Positions 27,222 to 38,991 are shown, numbered from the stretch's first letter. The stretch is 41,468 nucleotides of DNA from Prevotella sp. (GCA_021204605.1 JAJPZD010000183.1:1118-42585); one strand, 5' to 3'. The notes: a model not told the origin generated them from the sequence alone. Numbers and translations are program-made.

Positions 27222-30047
27222 TCACAACTTCTGTTTAACCTCGATTTCAGTGAACGTCTCGATGATGTCGCCTATCTGGATGTCGTTGAAATTAACAAGA
27301 CTGATACCACACTCGAAGTTGACACCGACCTCCCTGACATCGTCTTTGAAACGCTTGAGAGCATTGATTTCACCGGTATGCACGACAATACCGTCGCGCA
27401 CGAGGCGAGCCTTGTCGCTACGGTGCACTTTACCATCTGAAACGTAAGCACCGGCGACGGTGCCGACTTTGGAGATATGATAAACCTCACGCACTTCGAC
27501 CTGCCCTGTAACAACCTCTTTCTTCTCTTTCTCAAGCATACCCTCCATGGCAGACTTGACATCCTCTATTGCATCATAAATCACCGAATAGGTGTTAATC
27601 TCAACGCCCGACTGGTCGGCCTGCTTACGTGCAGCCAAAGAAGGGCGAACCTGGAAGCCTACGATAACAGCATCAGAGGCGTCGGCAAGTGTCACGTCGC
27701 TTTCGGAAATCTGTCCGACGGCCTTGTGAATGACATTAACCTTTATTTTCTCTGTAGAGAGCTTGATGAACGAATCGCTAAGAGCCTCAATACTGCCATC
27801 GGTATCACCTTTTACAATGATATTGAGCTCCTTGAAAGAGCCAATAGCGATACGATGACTGATATCACTGAGAGTGAGACGTTTCTGTGTGCGCAGCCCC
27901 TGTTCACGCTGCAACTGTACCCGTTTGTTGGCAATATCACGGACTGCCTGTTCAGAATCAAGGATATGAAAAGTATCACCGGCAGTAGGAGCACCACTAA
28001 GTCCGAGCACGATAGCCGGTTCAGCAGGGCGGGCTTTCTCAATACGCTGGTTGCGCTCGTTGAACATTGCCTTGATACGTCCGTAGTTAGTACCGGCAAT
28101 CATATAGTCGCCGACATGCAGCGTCCCGTTGTTTACGAGTACCGTGGAGACATAGCCTCTACCCTTATCCAAAGACGACTCGATGATACTGCCTGTGGCC
28201 TTGCGGTTGGGATTAGCCTTCAAGTCGAGCATCTCGGCCTCAAGCAGCACTTTTTCAAGAAGCTCATCAACACCGATACCTTTCTTTGCGCTGATTTCCT
28301 GGCACTGGTACTTTCCACCCCACTCCTCAACGGTCAGGTTCATGTTGGCGAGGTCCCTACGTATCTTGTCTGGGTCAGCACCGGGCTTGTCGATTTTGTT
28401 GATTGCGAACACCATGGGCACATTGGCAGCCTGCGCATGGGCAATGGCCTCACGGGTGGTAGGCATCACGCTGTCATCTGCCGCAATGATTATGATAGCG
28501 ATATCCGTAACCTGTGCTCCACGAGCACGCATGGCGGTAAATGCCTCATGCCCTGGAGTATCGAGAAATGTTATCTCCCTGCCGTCAGGGAGTTCCACGT
28601 TATAAGCACCGATATGCTGGGTAATACCACCGGCCTCGCCGGCGATGATATTGGAGTTGCGTATATGGTCGAGCAAGGAAGTCTTGCCATGGTCAACATG
28701 TCCCATGACTGTTACGATAGGAGCGCGTGGGATGAGGTCGTTCTCGTCATCCTCCTCTTCTCCGATAGCCGCCGAGACCTCCGCACTGACATATTCGGTG
28801 GAGAAACCGAACTCATCGGCAACGAAGTTTATCGTCTCGGCATCAAGGCGTTGGTTGATGGAGACCATAATTCCCAAACTCATGCAAGTAGCGATTACCT
28901 TATTGACCGACACGTTCATCATATTGGCAAGCTCACTGACGGTAACAAACTCTGTGATTTTGAGTGTCTTGCTACCAGCCCTCTGCTCCTCACGCTGCTC
29001 TTTGAGATGTTCCTGAACGGCATCACGTTTTTCCCTGCGGTACTTTGCGCCCTTCTTGTTCAGTCCCTTACTTGTGAGGCGTGCAAGCGTCTCCTTTACC
29101 TGTCGAGCCACATCCTCCTCGTTGACTTCCAATGGTTTGTGGTTGCGCTTACGGTTCTTTTTCTTTGAAGAGCCACTTTCTTTGTCGGCAGGGTGGTTGT
29201 TGTTGCCGCCACCGTTATTATTGTTGCTTTGCTTGACAGCCTGGTCTATGTTCACGCGCTCCTTAGTTATGCGAGAGCGTTTCTTCTTGCCTTCGGGACG
29301 GGTCTGCTGTCCTTTGTCCTCACGCTCTTTGCGCCTTTCTTCCTTAGTTTTTTTCTTCGGACGTGTGCTCTGGTTGATAGAATCCAAGTCGATCTTTCCC
29401 AACACATTCACTTTTGGCGCAAGTTTCTGCTCGCTTTTCAGCGTGAATACATTGTTATCCTTTGAGTCAGTAGAGGTGGCGCCTTTCTTGCTTTCCACAC
29501 TCGTCGTTACTGAAGGAGTTTTTTCTACAGGTTTGGCAGCAGTTTTCTCTTGCCTGTGTGAATCTTCCTGCCTGGTCACATTCCGTGCCTGTTGTGATAC
29601 TTTGTTGTCAGTCTTTTCAGGCTGTTTATCATTGTTCTTAGAAAGCTCAGGAGCAAGACTTACGGCAGAAGTCTGCTGCTCTTTTGTGGTTTTTAGGGTA
29701 GGAGCAACAGTTGAGGCAGGCTTTCCTATCTCATCGAGGTTGATTTTGCCCAAGGGCTTGTAGTTCTGTGTGGGAGTAGCTTTTATGACATCCTCGGATT
29801 TCTGTTCCTTACGTTCTGCAGGGCGTTTCTTCTCCTTGGGGTGTTTCAGCAAAAGTTTCTCCGCCTGGCTTCTTGCCTCCTTGTCAGTTTTGAACGCCTC
29901 GACGAGGGCATTATACTGACTGTCGCTAAGTTTAAAACTCAGGTCGTCTCTTACCTCTCCTAATTCACTTCTCTTTTTCAGGAATTCAACTGCCGTTTGA
30001 AGTCCTATGTTTAATTCACGAATTGCTTTGTTTAATCTGATGCTCAT
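27222..30047 (-). CDS. infB: Translation initiation factor IF-2
   Basis: [33 protein letters not shown]. Confidence 0.98.
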   Translation of the reverse strand: MSIRLNKAIRELNIGLQTAVEFLKKRSELGEVRDDLSFKLSDSQYNALVEAFKTDKEARSQAEKLLLKHPKEKKRPAERKEQKSEDVIKATPTQNYKPLGKINLDEIGKPASTVAPTLKTTKEQQTSAVSLAPELSKNNDKQPEKTDNKVSQQARNVTRQEDSHRQEKTAAKPVEKTPSVTTSVESKKGATSTDSKDNNVFTLKSEQKLAPKVNVLGKIDLDSINQSTRPKKKTKEERRKEREDKGQQTRPEGKKKRSRITKERVNIDQAVKQSNNNNGGGNNNHPADKESGSSKKKNRKRNHKPLEVNEEDVARQVKETLARLTSKGLNKKGAKYRREKRDAVQEHLKEQREEQRAGSKTLKITEFVTVSELANMMNVSVNKVIATCMSLGIMVSINQRLDAETINFVADEFGFSTEYVSAEVSAAIGEEEDDENDLIPRAPIVTVMGHVDHGKTSLLDHIRNSNIIAGEAGGITQHIGAYNVELPDGREITFLDTPGHEAFTAMRARGAQVTDIAIIIIAADDSVMPTTREAIAHAQAANVPMVFAINKIDKPGADPDKIRRDLANMNLTVEEWGGKYQCQEISAKKGIGVDELLEKVLLEAEMLDLKANPNRKATGSIIESSLDKGRGYVSTVLVNNGTLHVGDYMIAGTNYGRIKAMFNERNQRIEKARPAEPAIVLGLSGAPTAGDTFHILDSEQAVRDIANKRVQLQREQGLRTQKRLTLSDISHRIAIGSFKELNIIVKGDTDGSIEALSDSFIKLSTEKIKVNVIHKAVGQISESDVTLADASDAVIVGFQVRPSLAARKQADQSGVEINTYSVIYDAIEDVKSAMEGMLEKEKKEVVTGQVEVREVYHISKVGTVAGAYVSDGKVHRSDKARLVRDGIVVHTGEINALKRFKDDVREVGVNFECGISLVNFNDIQIGDIIETFTEIEVKQKL

Positions 30048-30058
30048 ACTTTAAAACT

Positions 30059-31321
30059 TTATTCAAACTCTGCCTTGAGTATTCTCAATACGTTATCGAC
30101 TGTCTCCTCTTCAAGATCAGCTTTTTCAACGAGCATTTCACGCGGTGCGTTTAGGACAGCTTTAGCAGTGTCAAGTCCGATGCTTTTTATCGCCTCGATT
30201 ATCCACTCGTCGATCTCATCGGCGAACTCGTCCAAATAGATATCCTCGTCGGCCTCGCTTTCGTCAATCTCACGGAACACGTCGATAGTATAATCAGTCA
30301 ACATACTGGCAAGCTTGATATTCAAGCCTCCCCTACCGATAGCCAAAGAGACTTCCTCTGGCCGCAGGTAAACTTCGGCCTTACGAGTTTCCTCGTTGAC
30401 AGTTATGCTAGAAATCTTCGCAGGACTGAGTGCGCGCTGTATAAAGAGCTTTATATTAGAAGTGTAGTTGACAACATCGATATTCTCGTTGCATAGTTCA
30501 CGCACTATCCCATGAACGCGGCTGCCCTTGACGCCCACACAGGCGCCAACCGGGTCTATACGCTCATCATAGCTCTCAACGGCAATTTTGGCTCTTTCAC
30601 CCGGCATACGCGCTATACGTTTTATAGTGATAAGTCCATCGGCAATCTCAGGGACTTCGGCTTCAAGCAACCGTTCAAGAAACATATTGCTTGTACGTGA
30701 AAGGATGATTTTGGGGTTGTTGTTGTCGTTGTTGACCTCTTTTATGACAGCACGTACAGTCTCTCCCTTGCGGTATTGGTCATGTGGTATCTGCTCCACC
30801 TTGGGCAGGATAAGTTCGTTGTTTTCATCATCAACGAGGAGGACTTCTCGTTTCCAAACCTGATATACCTCCCCACTGATAACCTGCCCGACGCGGTCCT
30901 TGTACTTGTTATAGAGGCTGTCGTGTTCGAGCTCAAGAATTTTAGAGGCCAGAGTCTGGCGAAGGTTGAGAATAGCCCGTCTGCCGAACTTGCTGAAATC
31001 TACTTTCTCGCTGAACTCCTCCCCTTCCTCATAGTCGGGCTCCACCTTCTGAGCTTCAAAAAGAGCGATTTCCTTGTTCTGGTCTTTCACCTCACCATCA
31101 GCAACGATAATGCGGTTGCGGTATATCTCAAAGTCGCCCTTGTCGGGATTGACAATAACGTCGAAATTCTCATCGCTGCCGAAAATCTTCGCTATCACGT
31201 TACGGAAACTCTCCTCCAGCACACTCATAAGAGTAGTACGGTCTATGTTTTTGGTATCTTTGAACTCTTTGAAAGAGTCGAACATACTGACTGTTTCCTC
31301 GTTTTTCTTTCTTGCTGCCAT
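30059..31321 (-). CDS. nusA: Transcription elongation factor NusA
   Basis: FGRRA, IILSRT, EVPEI, ARMPGERAKIAV, DPVGACVG, AIGRGGLNIKLAS. Confidence 0.97.
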   Translation of the reverse strand: MAARKKNEETVSMFDSFKEFKDTKNIDRTTLMSVLEESFRNVIAKIFGSDENFDVIVNPDKGDFEIYRNRIIVADGEVKDQNKEIALFEAQKVEPDYEEGEEFSEKVDFSKFGRRAILNLRQTLASKILELEHDSLYNKYKDRVGQVISGEVYQVWKREVLLVDDENNELILPKVEQIPHDQYRKGETVRAVIKEVNNDNNNPKIILSRTSNMFLERLLEAEVPEIADGLITIKRIARMPGERAKIAVESYDERIDPVGACVGVKGSRVHGIVRELCNENIDVVNYTSNIKLFIQRALSPAKISSITVNEETRKAEVYLRPEEVSLAIGRGGLNIKLASMLTDYTIDVFREIDESEADEDIYLDEFADEIDEWIIEAIKSIGLDTAKAVLNAPREMLVEKADLEEETVDNVLRILKAEFE

Positions 31322-31324
31322 TGT

Positions 31325-31792
31325 TTATTTGAAACTTATTAAGTATTTTGTATATTTCACTTTATCCATTGAGAAAGACATTTCCACATCGGCCAAAACA
31401 GGCCGTTTAGCGCCTTCTTTGATTATCTTTTTCTTTACGGTAAGGATGAAGTCCCTGCCATCAACGGAAGTAAGAACACCAATGTGTTTCATTCCATCCT
31501 GGTCGAGCACCTCAACAACCTTTCCGATGAAATTGATATATTGCTGTGGAACCTTGAAGGGTTTCCCCAGCCCTGCGCTTCCTACTTCCAATTCATAGTC
31601 CTCAACGTCTCTGTCGAGGCGGCTCTCTATGAAACGGCTGAGCTTCACACAGTCGTCTATCCACACGCCATCGGCATGGTCAATCTCGATAACGATTCTG
31701 TTTTCCTGACTGACCTCAATGCTGACGAGGAAATATTCCTTGTCTTCGAGCCATTCCACTACTATTTCTTCAACAGTCTCCTTGCTTATCAT
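31325..31792 (-). CDS. rimP: Ribosome maturation factor RimP
   Basis: GVWIDDC..LSR, DYELEVGSAGL. First gene of rimP-nusA-infB. Confidence 0.93.
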   Translation of the reverse strand: MISKETVEEIVVEWLEDKEYFLVSIEVSQENRIVIEIDHADGVWIDDCVKLSRFIESRLDRDVEDYELEVGSAGLGKPFKVPQQYINFIGKVVEVLDQDGMKHIGVLTSVDGRDFILTVKKKIIKEGAKRPVLADVEMSFSMDKVKYTKYLISFK

Positions 31793-31801
31793 AACAGATA
31801 T

Positions 31802-31860
31802 TTAAAATAAAATGAGGGACTTCTTACAGCCCCTCATTCCACTGAACGGGTGCAAAAGTA
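31802..31860 (-). promoter_or_regulatory. rimP promoter and rimP-leader terminator-like hairpin
   Basis: TACTTTTG (31853-31860) with TTTG 20 nt upstream. Leader hairpin AAUGAGGGGCU-GUAAGA-AGUCCCUCAUU followed by UUAUUUU. Confidence 0.7.
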
Positions 31861-31912
31861 ATAAGAAAAAGATATGGAAACAAATAATTCAAATAAAAAA
31901 TAAAAATAAAAA

Positions 31913-31972
31913 TTACCTGCGGTGAAGATGTTCACGCTCAACAGTACAAACAAATTTTACTGTGCTCGCTTA
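31913..31972. repeat. Structured intergenic repeat copy 2, inverted relative to copy 1
   Basis: The - strand reads TAAGCGAG-C-ACAGTA..TACTGT-T-GAGCGTGA-ACATCTTCACCGCAGGT. Confidence 0.55.
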
Positions 31973-32067
31973 TCCTCAACTTAAAAATTCAATTTTACTT
32001 ATAAATTTTCAATTTGAAAATCAGAGTTTTTTCATTACCTTTGCAGGCCGAAACAAAAGATAAAGCA

Positions 32068-33015
32068 ATGCGAAAAGTAATAGGAGTGGGAGAGACTGTT
32101 CTTGATATTATCTTCAAGAACGAGGAGCCGTTAAGTGCTGTGCCAGGCGGTTCTGTTTACAACGGAATAATCTCGTTAGGTCGTGCGGGGATACCCGCGA
32201 TGTTCGTCAGTGAGGTTGGCAACGACCGCATAGGTAAGAAAACTATCGATTTTCTTGAGAAAAACGGGGTCGATGCGACTAATGTGAACATGTTTCCCGA
32301 CAGCAAGTCGCCGATATCCCTTGCTTTTCTGGATGACAACAACGATGCCGACTACATATTCTATAAAGATCATCCTCACGACCGCCTTGACTATGTGTGC
32401 CCCGACATCCAGCGAGATGACATAGTGATGATAGGCTCATACTATTCAATCAATCCTGTAATACGTCCACAGGTATCTACAGTGTTGATGCAGGCCCGCA
32501 ATGCCGGAGCCATCATCTATTACGATGTGAATTACCGTCCATCACACGCCAATGAAGTATTAAAGCTCACTTCGAACATCCTGGACAACTTTGGATATGC
32601 CGACATAGTGCGTGGCAGCAAGGACGATTTCATGGTAATGTATGGCATGGACACTCCCGACAAGGTATATAACTCGGAGATCTCTTTCTACTGCAAGAAA
32701 TTCATCTATACTAACGGGGCGAGACCTGTGGAGCTTCGTGCAGAAAAAGGATTCAGGAAATCGTATCCTATAATGTCAGAGAGCACCGTGAGTACGATAG
32801 GTGCCGGAGACAATTTCAATGCCGGTGTGGTGTATGGGTTGATACGTTATGGTATCACACGTGAGGTCATCGAGGCAGGATTAAGTGAGCAGTTATGGGA
32901 CAAGGTGATTGAATGTGCAATGGAATTTTCTGCAAACTGTTGCTCAAGCATAAAAAACTACATCGATGAGGAGTTTGGAAATAAGATGAAAGCGTGGCTT
33001 CTGTGTAGTGAATGA
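32068..33015 (+). CDS. PfkB-family carbohydrate kinase (fructokinase-like)
   Basis: GVGETVLD, PGGSVYN, YDVNYRP, STIGAGDNFNAG. Start at MRKVIG, downstream of promoter TTTG-N19-TACCTTTG (32013-32043). Confidence 0.9.
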   Translation: MRKVIGVGETVLDIIFKNEEPLSAVPGGSVYNGIISLGRAGIPAMFVSEVGNDRIGKKTIDFLEKNGVDATNVNMFPDSKSPISLAFLDDNNDADYIFYKDHPHDRLDYVCPDIQRDDIVMIGSYYSINPVIRPQVSTVLMQARNAGAIIYYDVNYRPSHANEVLKLTSNILDNFGYADIVRGSKDDFMVMYGMDTPDKVYNSEISFYCKKFIYTNGARPVELRAEKGFRKSYPIMSESTVSTIGAGDNFNAGVVYGLIRYGITREVIEAGLSEQLWDKVIECAMEFSANCCSSIKNYIDEEFGNKMKAWLLCSE

Positions 33016-33070
33016 ATTTAATGGAACACGTTTAAAATCCCAAGATACAACAAACAAAAGCAAGAATAAA

Positions 33071-34267
33071 ATGATTGAGATTACTGACAAAATCTTTTAC
33101 GTAGGAGTCAACGACCGCAACAAGGCTCTTTTCGAGGGGTTATGGCCGTTGCCGGAAGGCGTATCTTACAACTCCTTCCTTATCGTTGACGAGAAAGTAT
33201 GCCTGATAGATACTGTGGAAATCGACTTTGTCATGCCGTTTCTGAAAAACATCCGTGAGGTGTTGGGCGACAGAAGCATTGATTATCTCGTGATAAACCA
33301 CATGGAGCCAGACCACAGTGGCGTATTAGAGCTGATAAGAAAATTCTATCCCGGCATACAAGTAGTGGGAAACAAGAAATCATTCGACATGATGGAAGGT
33401 TTCTATGGTATAAAGGAAAACGAAATTGAGGTTAAGAGCGGGAGCGAGCTATGCCTTGGCAGTCATACGCTGCAATTCACACTCACACCTATGGTCCACT
33501 GGCCAGAGACAATGGTAGCCCTTGACACCACCACAAACGTACTGTTTTCAGGAGATGCTTTCGGCTGTTTCGGAGCCCTTAACGGTGGAATAATCGATTC
33601 GGCGATAAACTGCGACACGTTCTGGCTTGAGATGGTGCGCTACTATTCCAACATTGTCGGCAAATACGGAATACCTGTGCAGAACGCATTAAAGAAATTG
33701 TCGGGGGCGAAAATCGACTATATCTGCCCGACGCACGGCCCTGTATGGCACGAGTATGTGAAGAAGGTGATAGGCATATACGACCATTTGAGTAAATACG
33801 AGACGCAGGAGGGCATTGTGATCTGTTACGGCACGATGTACGGCAACACCGAGCGTATGGCAGAGGTGATAGCAAGTGCGGCAAGTCAGGCTGGCATCAA
33901 GAACATCGTGATGTACAACGTGTCGAAAACGCACCACTCCTACATACTGCGGGATCTGTTCCGTTATCGTGGTTTTATAGTCGGTGCGCCGACATACAAT
34001 GCAGGTCTGTATCAAGAGATGGATGTGCTGCTCAGCGAGATTGCGGGCAGAGACATGAGAAACCGCCACTATATCGGTTGGTTCGGCAGTTATGCCTGGG
34101 CGGGAAAGGCTGTTGACTGCATAGCTAAATGGAACGAGAGCGGTTTGAAATTCGAGCCGGTGGGAGTTCCTGTGGAGATGAGACAAGCCCTCAATGCCGA
34201 TACTTTCGCCCAGTGTCAGGCACTTGGACGCTCGATGGCAGAACGATTGATAGCAGACAGGGGCTGA
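33071..34267 (+). CDS. fprA: Flavodiiron protein (FprA family, O2/NO reductase)
   Basis: SYNSFL, NHMEPDHSG, HWPETM, FSGDAFG, PTHG, flavodoxin loop TMYGNT, FGSYAW. Start at MIEITDK. Confidence 0.92.
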   Translation: MIEITDKIFYVGVNDRNKALFEGLWPLPEGVSYNSFLIVDEKVCLIDTVEIDFVMPFLKNIREVLGDRSIDYLVINHMEPDHSGVLELIRKFYPGIQVVGNKKSFDMMEGFYGIKENEIEVKSGSELCLGSHTLQFTLTPMVHWPETMVALDTTTNVLFSGDAFGCFGALNGGIIDSAINCDTFWLEMVRYYSNIVGKYGIPVQNALKKLSGAKIDYICPTHGPVWHEYVKKVIGIYDHLSKYETQEGIVICYGTMYGNTERMAEVIASAASQAGIKNIVMYNVSKTHHSYILRDLFRYRGFIVGAPTYNAGLYQEMDVLLSEIAGRDMRNRHYIGWFGSYAWAGKAVDCIAKWNESGLKFEPVGVPVEMRQALNADTFAQCQALGRSMAERLIADRG

Positions 34268-34298
34268 ATAGGAAATAATTTATTTTACCTTTGCAGCC

Positions 34299-35069
34299 AT
34301 GAGTAAAGGCAAGTTGCAGAAATTCGCAGAGATGGCGAGATACGAGAACGTGTTCCAATACCCATATTCAGTAATGGAGCACGTTCCATTTGCCATGAAG
34401 GGAAAGTGGAGGGAATCATATTTCAGGAACAGCAACCCTATAGTGTTGGAATTAGGATGTGGCAGGGGGGAATATACAGTCGGCTTGGCACGTCTGTTTC
34501 CATGCATAAATTTCATAGGTGTTGACATAAAGGGAGCCCGTATGTGGAAGGGGGCGACAGAGGCGCTGAATGAGAAACTGAGCAATGTGGCATTCCTGCG
34601 GACCAACATAGAGATAATAGATCGTTTTTTCGGAGAGGACGAGGTACAGGAGATATGGCTGACGTTCAGCGACCCTCAGATGAAGAATGTGAGAAAACGA
34701 CTTACCAGTACATTTTTTTTAGAGCGTTACCGCCGTTTCTTAGTTGACAGAGGAGTGATACACGTGAAGACCGACAGCAATTTCCTGTTCACCTACACAC
34801 GTTACATGGTGGAGCATAACAGGCTGCCAATGCTATATTGTAGCGATGACCTATACCACACGGAAGATCATGACGTTGCCACAAGCGAGATACTATCTAT
34901 ACAGACATATTACGAGAGTCAGTGGATTGAGCGAGGTCTGAACATCAAGTACATGAAGTTTCAACTCCCCAAGAGCTGTTCTCTTGAAGAAGCCGGTGTA
35001 GAGATTCCTATTGATGAATATAGGAGTTATCGCAGGAACAACAGAAGTGACATAAAAAAGAGAAAATGA
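34299..35069 (+). CDS. trmB: tRNA (guanine-N7)-methyltransferase
   Basis: [39 protein letters not shown]. Confidence 0.94.
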   Translation: MSKGKLQKFAEMARYENVFQYPYSVMEHVPFAMKGKWRESYFRNSNPIVLELGCGRGEYTVGLARLFPCINFIGVDIKGARMWKGATEALNEKLSNVAFLRTNIEIIDRFFGEDEVQEIWLTFSDPQMKNVRKRLTSTFFLERYRRFLVDRGVIHVKTDSNFLFTYTRYMVEHNRLPMLYCSDDLYHTEDHDVATSEILSIQTYYESQWIERGLNIKYMKFQLPKSCSLEEAGVEIPIDEYRSYRRNNRSDIKKRK

Positions 35070-35225
35070 GAGGCTATATTTAAAATGTGTTAAAGTACGA
35101 AAAATCTTTAAGTTATATTTCATTATTAAAATAATAATCACTACTTTTGCACCCGATTTTAACAGCAATAGTTTGTTTCCGTTCGTGAAACAAATTCAAC
35201 CAAGTAACTTATTACATACAATTTT

Positions 35226-37244
35226 ATGTATAGCAAAGACGAATTACTATCTAAAAATATCGCCGAACTTGAAGAGATTGCGGGCCAGACTGGCGCTAAT
35301 ATCAAGTCGGGCGAGAGTCAGGAAGATATTATATACTCTATTCTCGACAAGCAGGCGGAGGTGGAGGGAAATAAAAATCCACTTGGTACAAAACGCCGGA
35401 GGACACGCATTGTCAAGAAAGAGACCGACCGTGTCTATTCGGTAAATGGCAAGGAAGGGGAGAATTTCGATTCCAAGAAGAACACCAAGACGCCAACAGA
35501 GCCTGTATCACTATTCAGCGATACGCCCGTTTCGGCTACAGCTACAGCTACGCCTACCCCAGCCCCAAGACCGAAGGGGAGACCAAGGAAAGTGAAGCCT
35601 GCGCCAACACCTGTCGTTGAAAACAACGTGTTGCCTGCAGAGCAAAATGCACCGAAGGCAACGGTAAAAGACGTGACTGACCTTAAAACAGTTGTCGAGG
35701 AGTTAGCTTCTGCGGGTAGGCAGAAAGTAAGTGAGAACATAGAGGTAAAAGACCTGTTTGGCACTGAGCCATTGCCTTCAAGTGGTGATATGGCAGGAGT
35801 GCCAGAGGCTGAATACACAACAAGCACCCCAGAGCCGGAGGTTAACAACAATCCAACAGACCTGTTGGCCCAGTTGCAGGCGAAGGTGAATGCGCACAAC
35901 GAGAATACAGAAAACAAGAAAGCGGGAAATAACAAGGGTGTATGGGGAGGCGATCCAGGTGACGGCACTGACTTCATCACGGTAGTTGACCTGCCCATAG
36001 AGGATCAGATGGCCGTTCCTTCATTTGATATTTTTGACAATCCGACAGGTCCTGTTGACATAAACACAGCGACGTCATACAACAACATACACAATGAGGA
36101 GGAACAGTCCGCACTATACGACTTCGAGGATATTATAACGGCAAACGGCGTATTAGAGATAATGCCCGACGGGTATGGTTTTCTGCGCTCCAGCGACTAC
36201 AACTACCTATCCTCACCAGACGACATATATGTATCGATAACCCAGATCAAGCGTTTCGGGTTGAAGACAGGCGACGTGCTTCATTGCCATGTGCGCCCTC
36301 CCCGTGATGGTGAGAAATATTTTCCACTTACGAGTATAGACAAGATAAACGGACGTGATCCGGCGGAAGTGCGCGACCGCATACCTTTCGACCACCTCAC
36401 CCCATTGTTCCCCGATGAGAAATTCACTCTTAACGGCAATCCCTCGGCAAGCAACCTTAGTACGAGGATTGTTGACTTGTTCTCGCCGATAGGCAAGGGA
36501 CAGCGTGCCCTGATTGTAGCCCAGCCAAAGACAGGAAAGACAATCCTGATGAAGGACATTGCGAATGCCATTGCAGCCAACCATCCAGAGGCATACCTTA
36601 TGATGCTGCTTATTGATGAGCGTCCGGAGGAAGTAACCGATATGGCACGGACAGTGCATGCGGAGGTGATAGCCTCAACCTTCGACGAACCCGCAGAGCG
36701 TCATGTGAAGATAGCAGGAATAGTGCTTGAGAAAGCGAAGAGGATGGTGGAATGTGGACACGACGTGGTGATTTTCCTCGATTCTATCACCCGTCTCGCA
36801 CGAGCCTACAACACGGTGTCGCCGGCGAGCGGCAAAGTTCTGACGGGAGGCGTTGATGCCAACGCATTGCAGAAGCCGAAGCGATTTTTCGGAGCCGCAC
36901 GCAACATCGAGGGGGGCGGTTCACTGACAATCATCGCAACGGCATTGATAGACACCGGCAGCAAGATGGATGAGGTGATTTTCGAGGAGTTCAAGGGCAC
37001 AGGAAACATGGAGCTGCAGCTGGATCGTACACTCAGCAACAAGCGTATATTCCCTTCAGTGAATCTCGTGGCATCAAGCACTCGTCGTGATGATCTGTTG
37101 CAGGACAAGACCACATTGGACCGTATGTGGATATTGCGCAAGTATTTGTCGGACATGAACTCAATAGAGGCAATGAACACTATACACGACAGGATGATGA
37201 ATACACGCGACAACGAGGAGTTCCTGCTGACAATGAACTCATAA
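35226..37244 (+). CDS. rho: Transcription termination factor Rho with a long N-terminal insertion
   Basis: [67 protein letters not shown]. -7 box at 35142-35149. Confidence 0.97.
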   Translation: MYSKDELLSKNIAELEEIAGQTGANIKSGESQEDIIYSILDKQAEVEGNKNPLGTKRRRTRIVKKETDRVYSVNGKEGENFDSKKNTKTPTEPVSLFSDTPVSATATATPTPAPRPKGRPRKVKPAPTPVVENNVLPAEQNAPKATVKDVTDLKTVVEELASAGRQKVSENIEVKDLFGTEPLPSSGDMAGVPEAEYTTSTPEPEVNNNPTDLLAQLQAKVNAHNENTENKKAGNNKGVWGGDPGDGTDFITVVDLPIEDQMAVPSFDIFDNPTGPVDINTATSYNNIHNEEEQSALYDFEDIITANGVLEIMPDGYGFLRSSDYNYLSSPDDIYVSITQIKRFGLKTGDVLHCHVRPPRDGEKYFPLTSIDKINGRDPAEVRDRIPFDHLTPLFPDEKFTLNGNPSASNLSTRIVDLFSPIGKGQRALIVAQPKTGKTILMKDIANAIAANHPEAYLMMLLIDERPEEVTDMARTVHAEVIASTFDEPAERHVKIAGIVLEKAKRMVECGHDVVIFLDSITRLARAYNTVSPASGKVLTGGVDANALQKPKRFFGAARNIEGGGSLTIIATALIDTGSKMDEVIFEEFKGTGNMELQLDRTLSNKRIFPSVNLVASSTRRDDLLQDKTTLDRMWILRKYLSDMNSIEAMNTIHDRMMNTRDNEEFLLTMNS

Positions 37245-37263
37245 TAAAAGAAACAACTTGCAG

Positions 37264-37304
37264 AAAACCGGACATGTTGAGAAAAGCAACGTATCCGGTT
37301 TTTT
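37264..37304 (+). terminator. Intrinsic terminator after rho
   Basis: AAAACCGGA...TCCGGTTTTTT with an inner GTTG/CAAC stem. Confidence 0.75.
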
Positions 37305-37424
37305 GTAGCTTGTTGCTGCTGTTATTCTCACTTTTGAAATAAAAAGGCCAATTTTATTTTAATTATTGCAAGTAATGATTAACTTTGCAATAATAAAATA
37401 AATCACTTTGAAAAACTGAATACT

Positions 37425-38942
37425 ATGTTTGAAGGACAACCCAAAGGTCTATATGTGCTGGCATTAGCCAACACGGGTGAACGTTTCGGATATTACACTA
37501 TGATTGCCGTCTTCGCCCTGTTCTTGAAAGCCAATTTCGGTCTCGATCCTGGGACGGCAGGTCTCATTTACAGTTTCTTTCTCGGATTGGTCTATTTCCT
37601 TCCGTTCATAGGCGGAATATTGGCAGACAAATACGGCTTCGGCAAGATGGTAACAATAGGTATCCTTGTGATGTTCGCGGGCTATCTATTCCTGTCCATA
37701 CCACTTGGCGGCAACACCTTTGCTCTGATATGCATGCTTGCGGCTTTGATATTCATCGGTTTCGGAACGGGGCTCTTCAAGGGTAATCTGCAGGTGATGG
37801 TAGGCAACCTCTATGATGAACCGAAATACTCCGACAAGCGCGACGCTGCTTTCTCGATTTTCTACATGGCTATCAACATAGGTGCTCTGTTCGCCCCTAC
37901 CGCCGCCGTAAAGGTTAAGGAATGGGCAGAGATGAGCTTGGGTTTTTCTGCCAACGATGCGTATCACTTCTCTTTCGCCGTGGCATGCGCCTCATTGGTT
38001 GTGTCAATAGCAATCTATTACATATTTCGTCCGTGGTTCAGACATGTTGAAGGTGGAAAACAACAGGCAAAGGGAGAAACGACAATAAAGGAGGATGATC
38101 TTCCCCCTGCAGAGACGAAAGCGCGCATCATAGCCCTGTGCCTTGTATTCGCCGTGGTGATATTCTTCTGGATGGCGTTCCACCAAAACGGCCTTACCCT
38201 GACTTATTTCGCCGATGAGTTCACCGCAAAGAGTGCCGATGGCGTGCAGAGCATGGCATTCGACGTGATAAATCTCGTGTTGATTATTTTCATCGTATAT
38301 GCCCTCTTCTCCCTGTTCCAGAGCAAGTCGGGCAAGGCGAAAGGCATCTCGGCAGCCGTAATCATAGTGGCATTGGCTTTGCTTTACGTAAAATACATGA
38401 ACATTGATGGCTCAATAGATGTCAGTGCACCTATCTTCCAGCAGTTCAACCCATTCTATGTGGTGGCCCTCACGCCGGTCAGCATGGCTATTTTTGGCTC
38501 TCTCGCAAAGAAAGGGAAAGAGCCGTCTGCACCACGGAAGATCGCATACGGTATGCTTGTGGCAGCCGTCGGTTTTGCAGTAATGGCAATCGGGTCATTG
38601 AGCCTGCCGAGCCCTGTTGAGCAAAAAGCGGCGGGCGATGCCGCAATGCTTGTTTCCCCGAACTGGCTGATAAGCACTTATCTCGTACTTACATTCGGAG
38701 AGCTGTTGTTAAGTCCTATGGGAATATCATTCGTATCGAAGGTGGCACCGCCGAAATACAAGGGAATGATGATGGGCGGCTGGTTCGTCGCCACCGCGAT
38801 AGGCAACCTGTTAGTAAGTGTGGGCGGCTACCTCTGGGGCAATCTTCCTTTGATTTGCGTATGGGGAGTATTTATAATCCTATGCCTCCTCTCAGCAATC
38901 TTCATGTTCTCAATAATGAAGAAATTGGAGAAAGTCTGCTGA
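37425..38942 (+). CDS. Proton-dependent oligopeptide (POT/PTR) MFS transporter
   Basis: NTGERFGYY, GGILADK, GTGLFKGN, FSIFYMAINIGAL, GELLLSPMG. -7 box at 37380-37387. Confidence 0.93.
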   Translation: MFEGQPKGLYVLALANTGERFGYYTMIAVFALFLKANFGLDPGTAGLIYSFFLGLVYFLPFIGGILADKYGFGKMVTIGILVMFAGYLFLSIPLGGNTFALICMLAALIFIGFGTGLFKGNLQVMVGNLYDEPKYSDKRDAAFSIFYMAINIGALFAPTAAVKVKEWAEMSLGFSANDAYHFSFAVACASLVVSIAIYYIFRPWFRHVEGGKQQAKGETTIKEDDLPPAETKARIIALCLVFAVVIFFWMAFHQNGLTLTYFADEFTAKSADGVQSMAFDVINLVLIIFIVYALFSLFQSKSGKAKGISAAVIIVALALLYVKYMNIDGSIDVSAPIFQQFNPFYVVALTPVSMAIFGSLAKKGKEPSAPRKIAYGMLVAAVGFAVMAIGSLSLPSPVEQKAAGDAAMLVSPNWLISTYLVLTFGELLLSPMGISFVSKVAPPKYKGMMMGGWFVATAIGNLLVSVGGYLWGNLPLICVWGVFIILCLLSAIFMFSIMKKLEKVC

Positions 38943-38957
38943 ACAAAACAAATACAG

Positions 38958-38991
38958 GAAAGTGGAAAGCGTTCATCCGTTTTCCACTTTC
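38958..38991 (+). terminator. Hairpin between the POT gene and GH28 (terminator or processing stem)
   Basis: GAAAGTGGAAAGCG-TTCATC-CGTTTTCCACTTTC with only a weak U tail. Confidence 0.55.

Noticed and set aside
27477-29168. 563-aa ORF antisense to infB
   Set aside because: Shadow of a conserved gene's codon usage; no recognisable motifs or expression signals.
29190-29230. Asn/Gly trinucleotide-like tract in infB
   Set aside because: Ordinary in-frame low-complexity linker in the variable IF-2 N-terminus; no sign of phase variation.
35520-35570. GCTACA-like tandem units in rho
   Set aside because: Short in-frame repeat encoding ATATAT within the disordered region; not an array.
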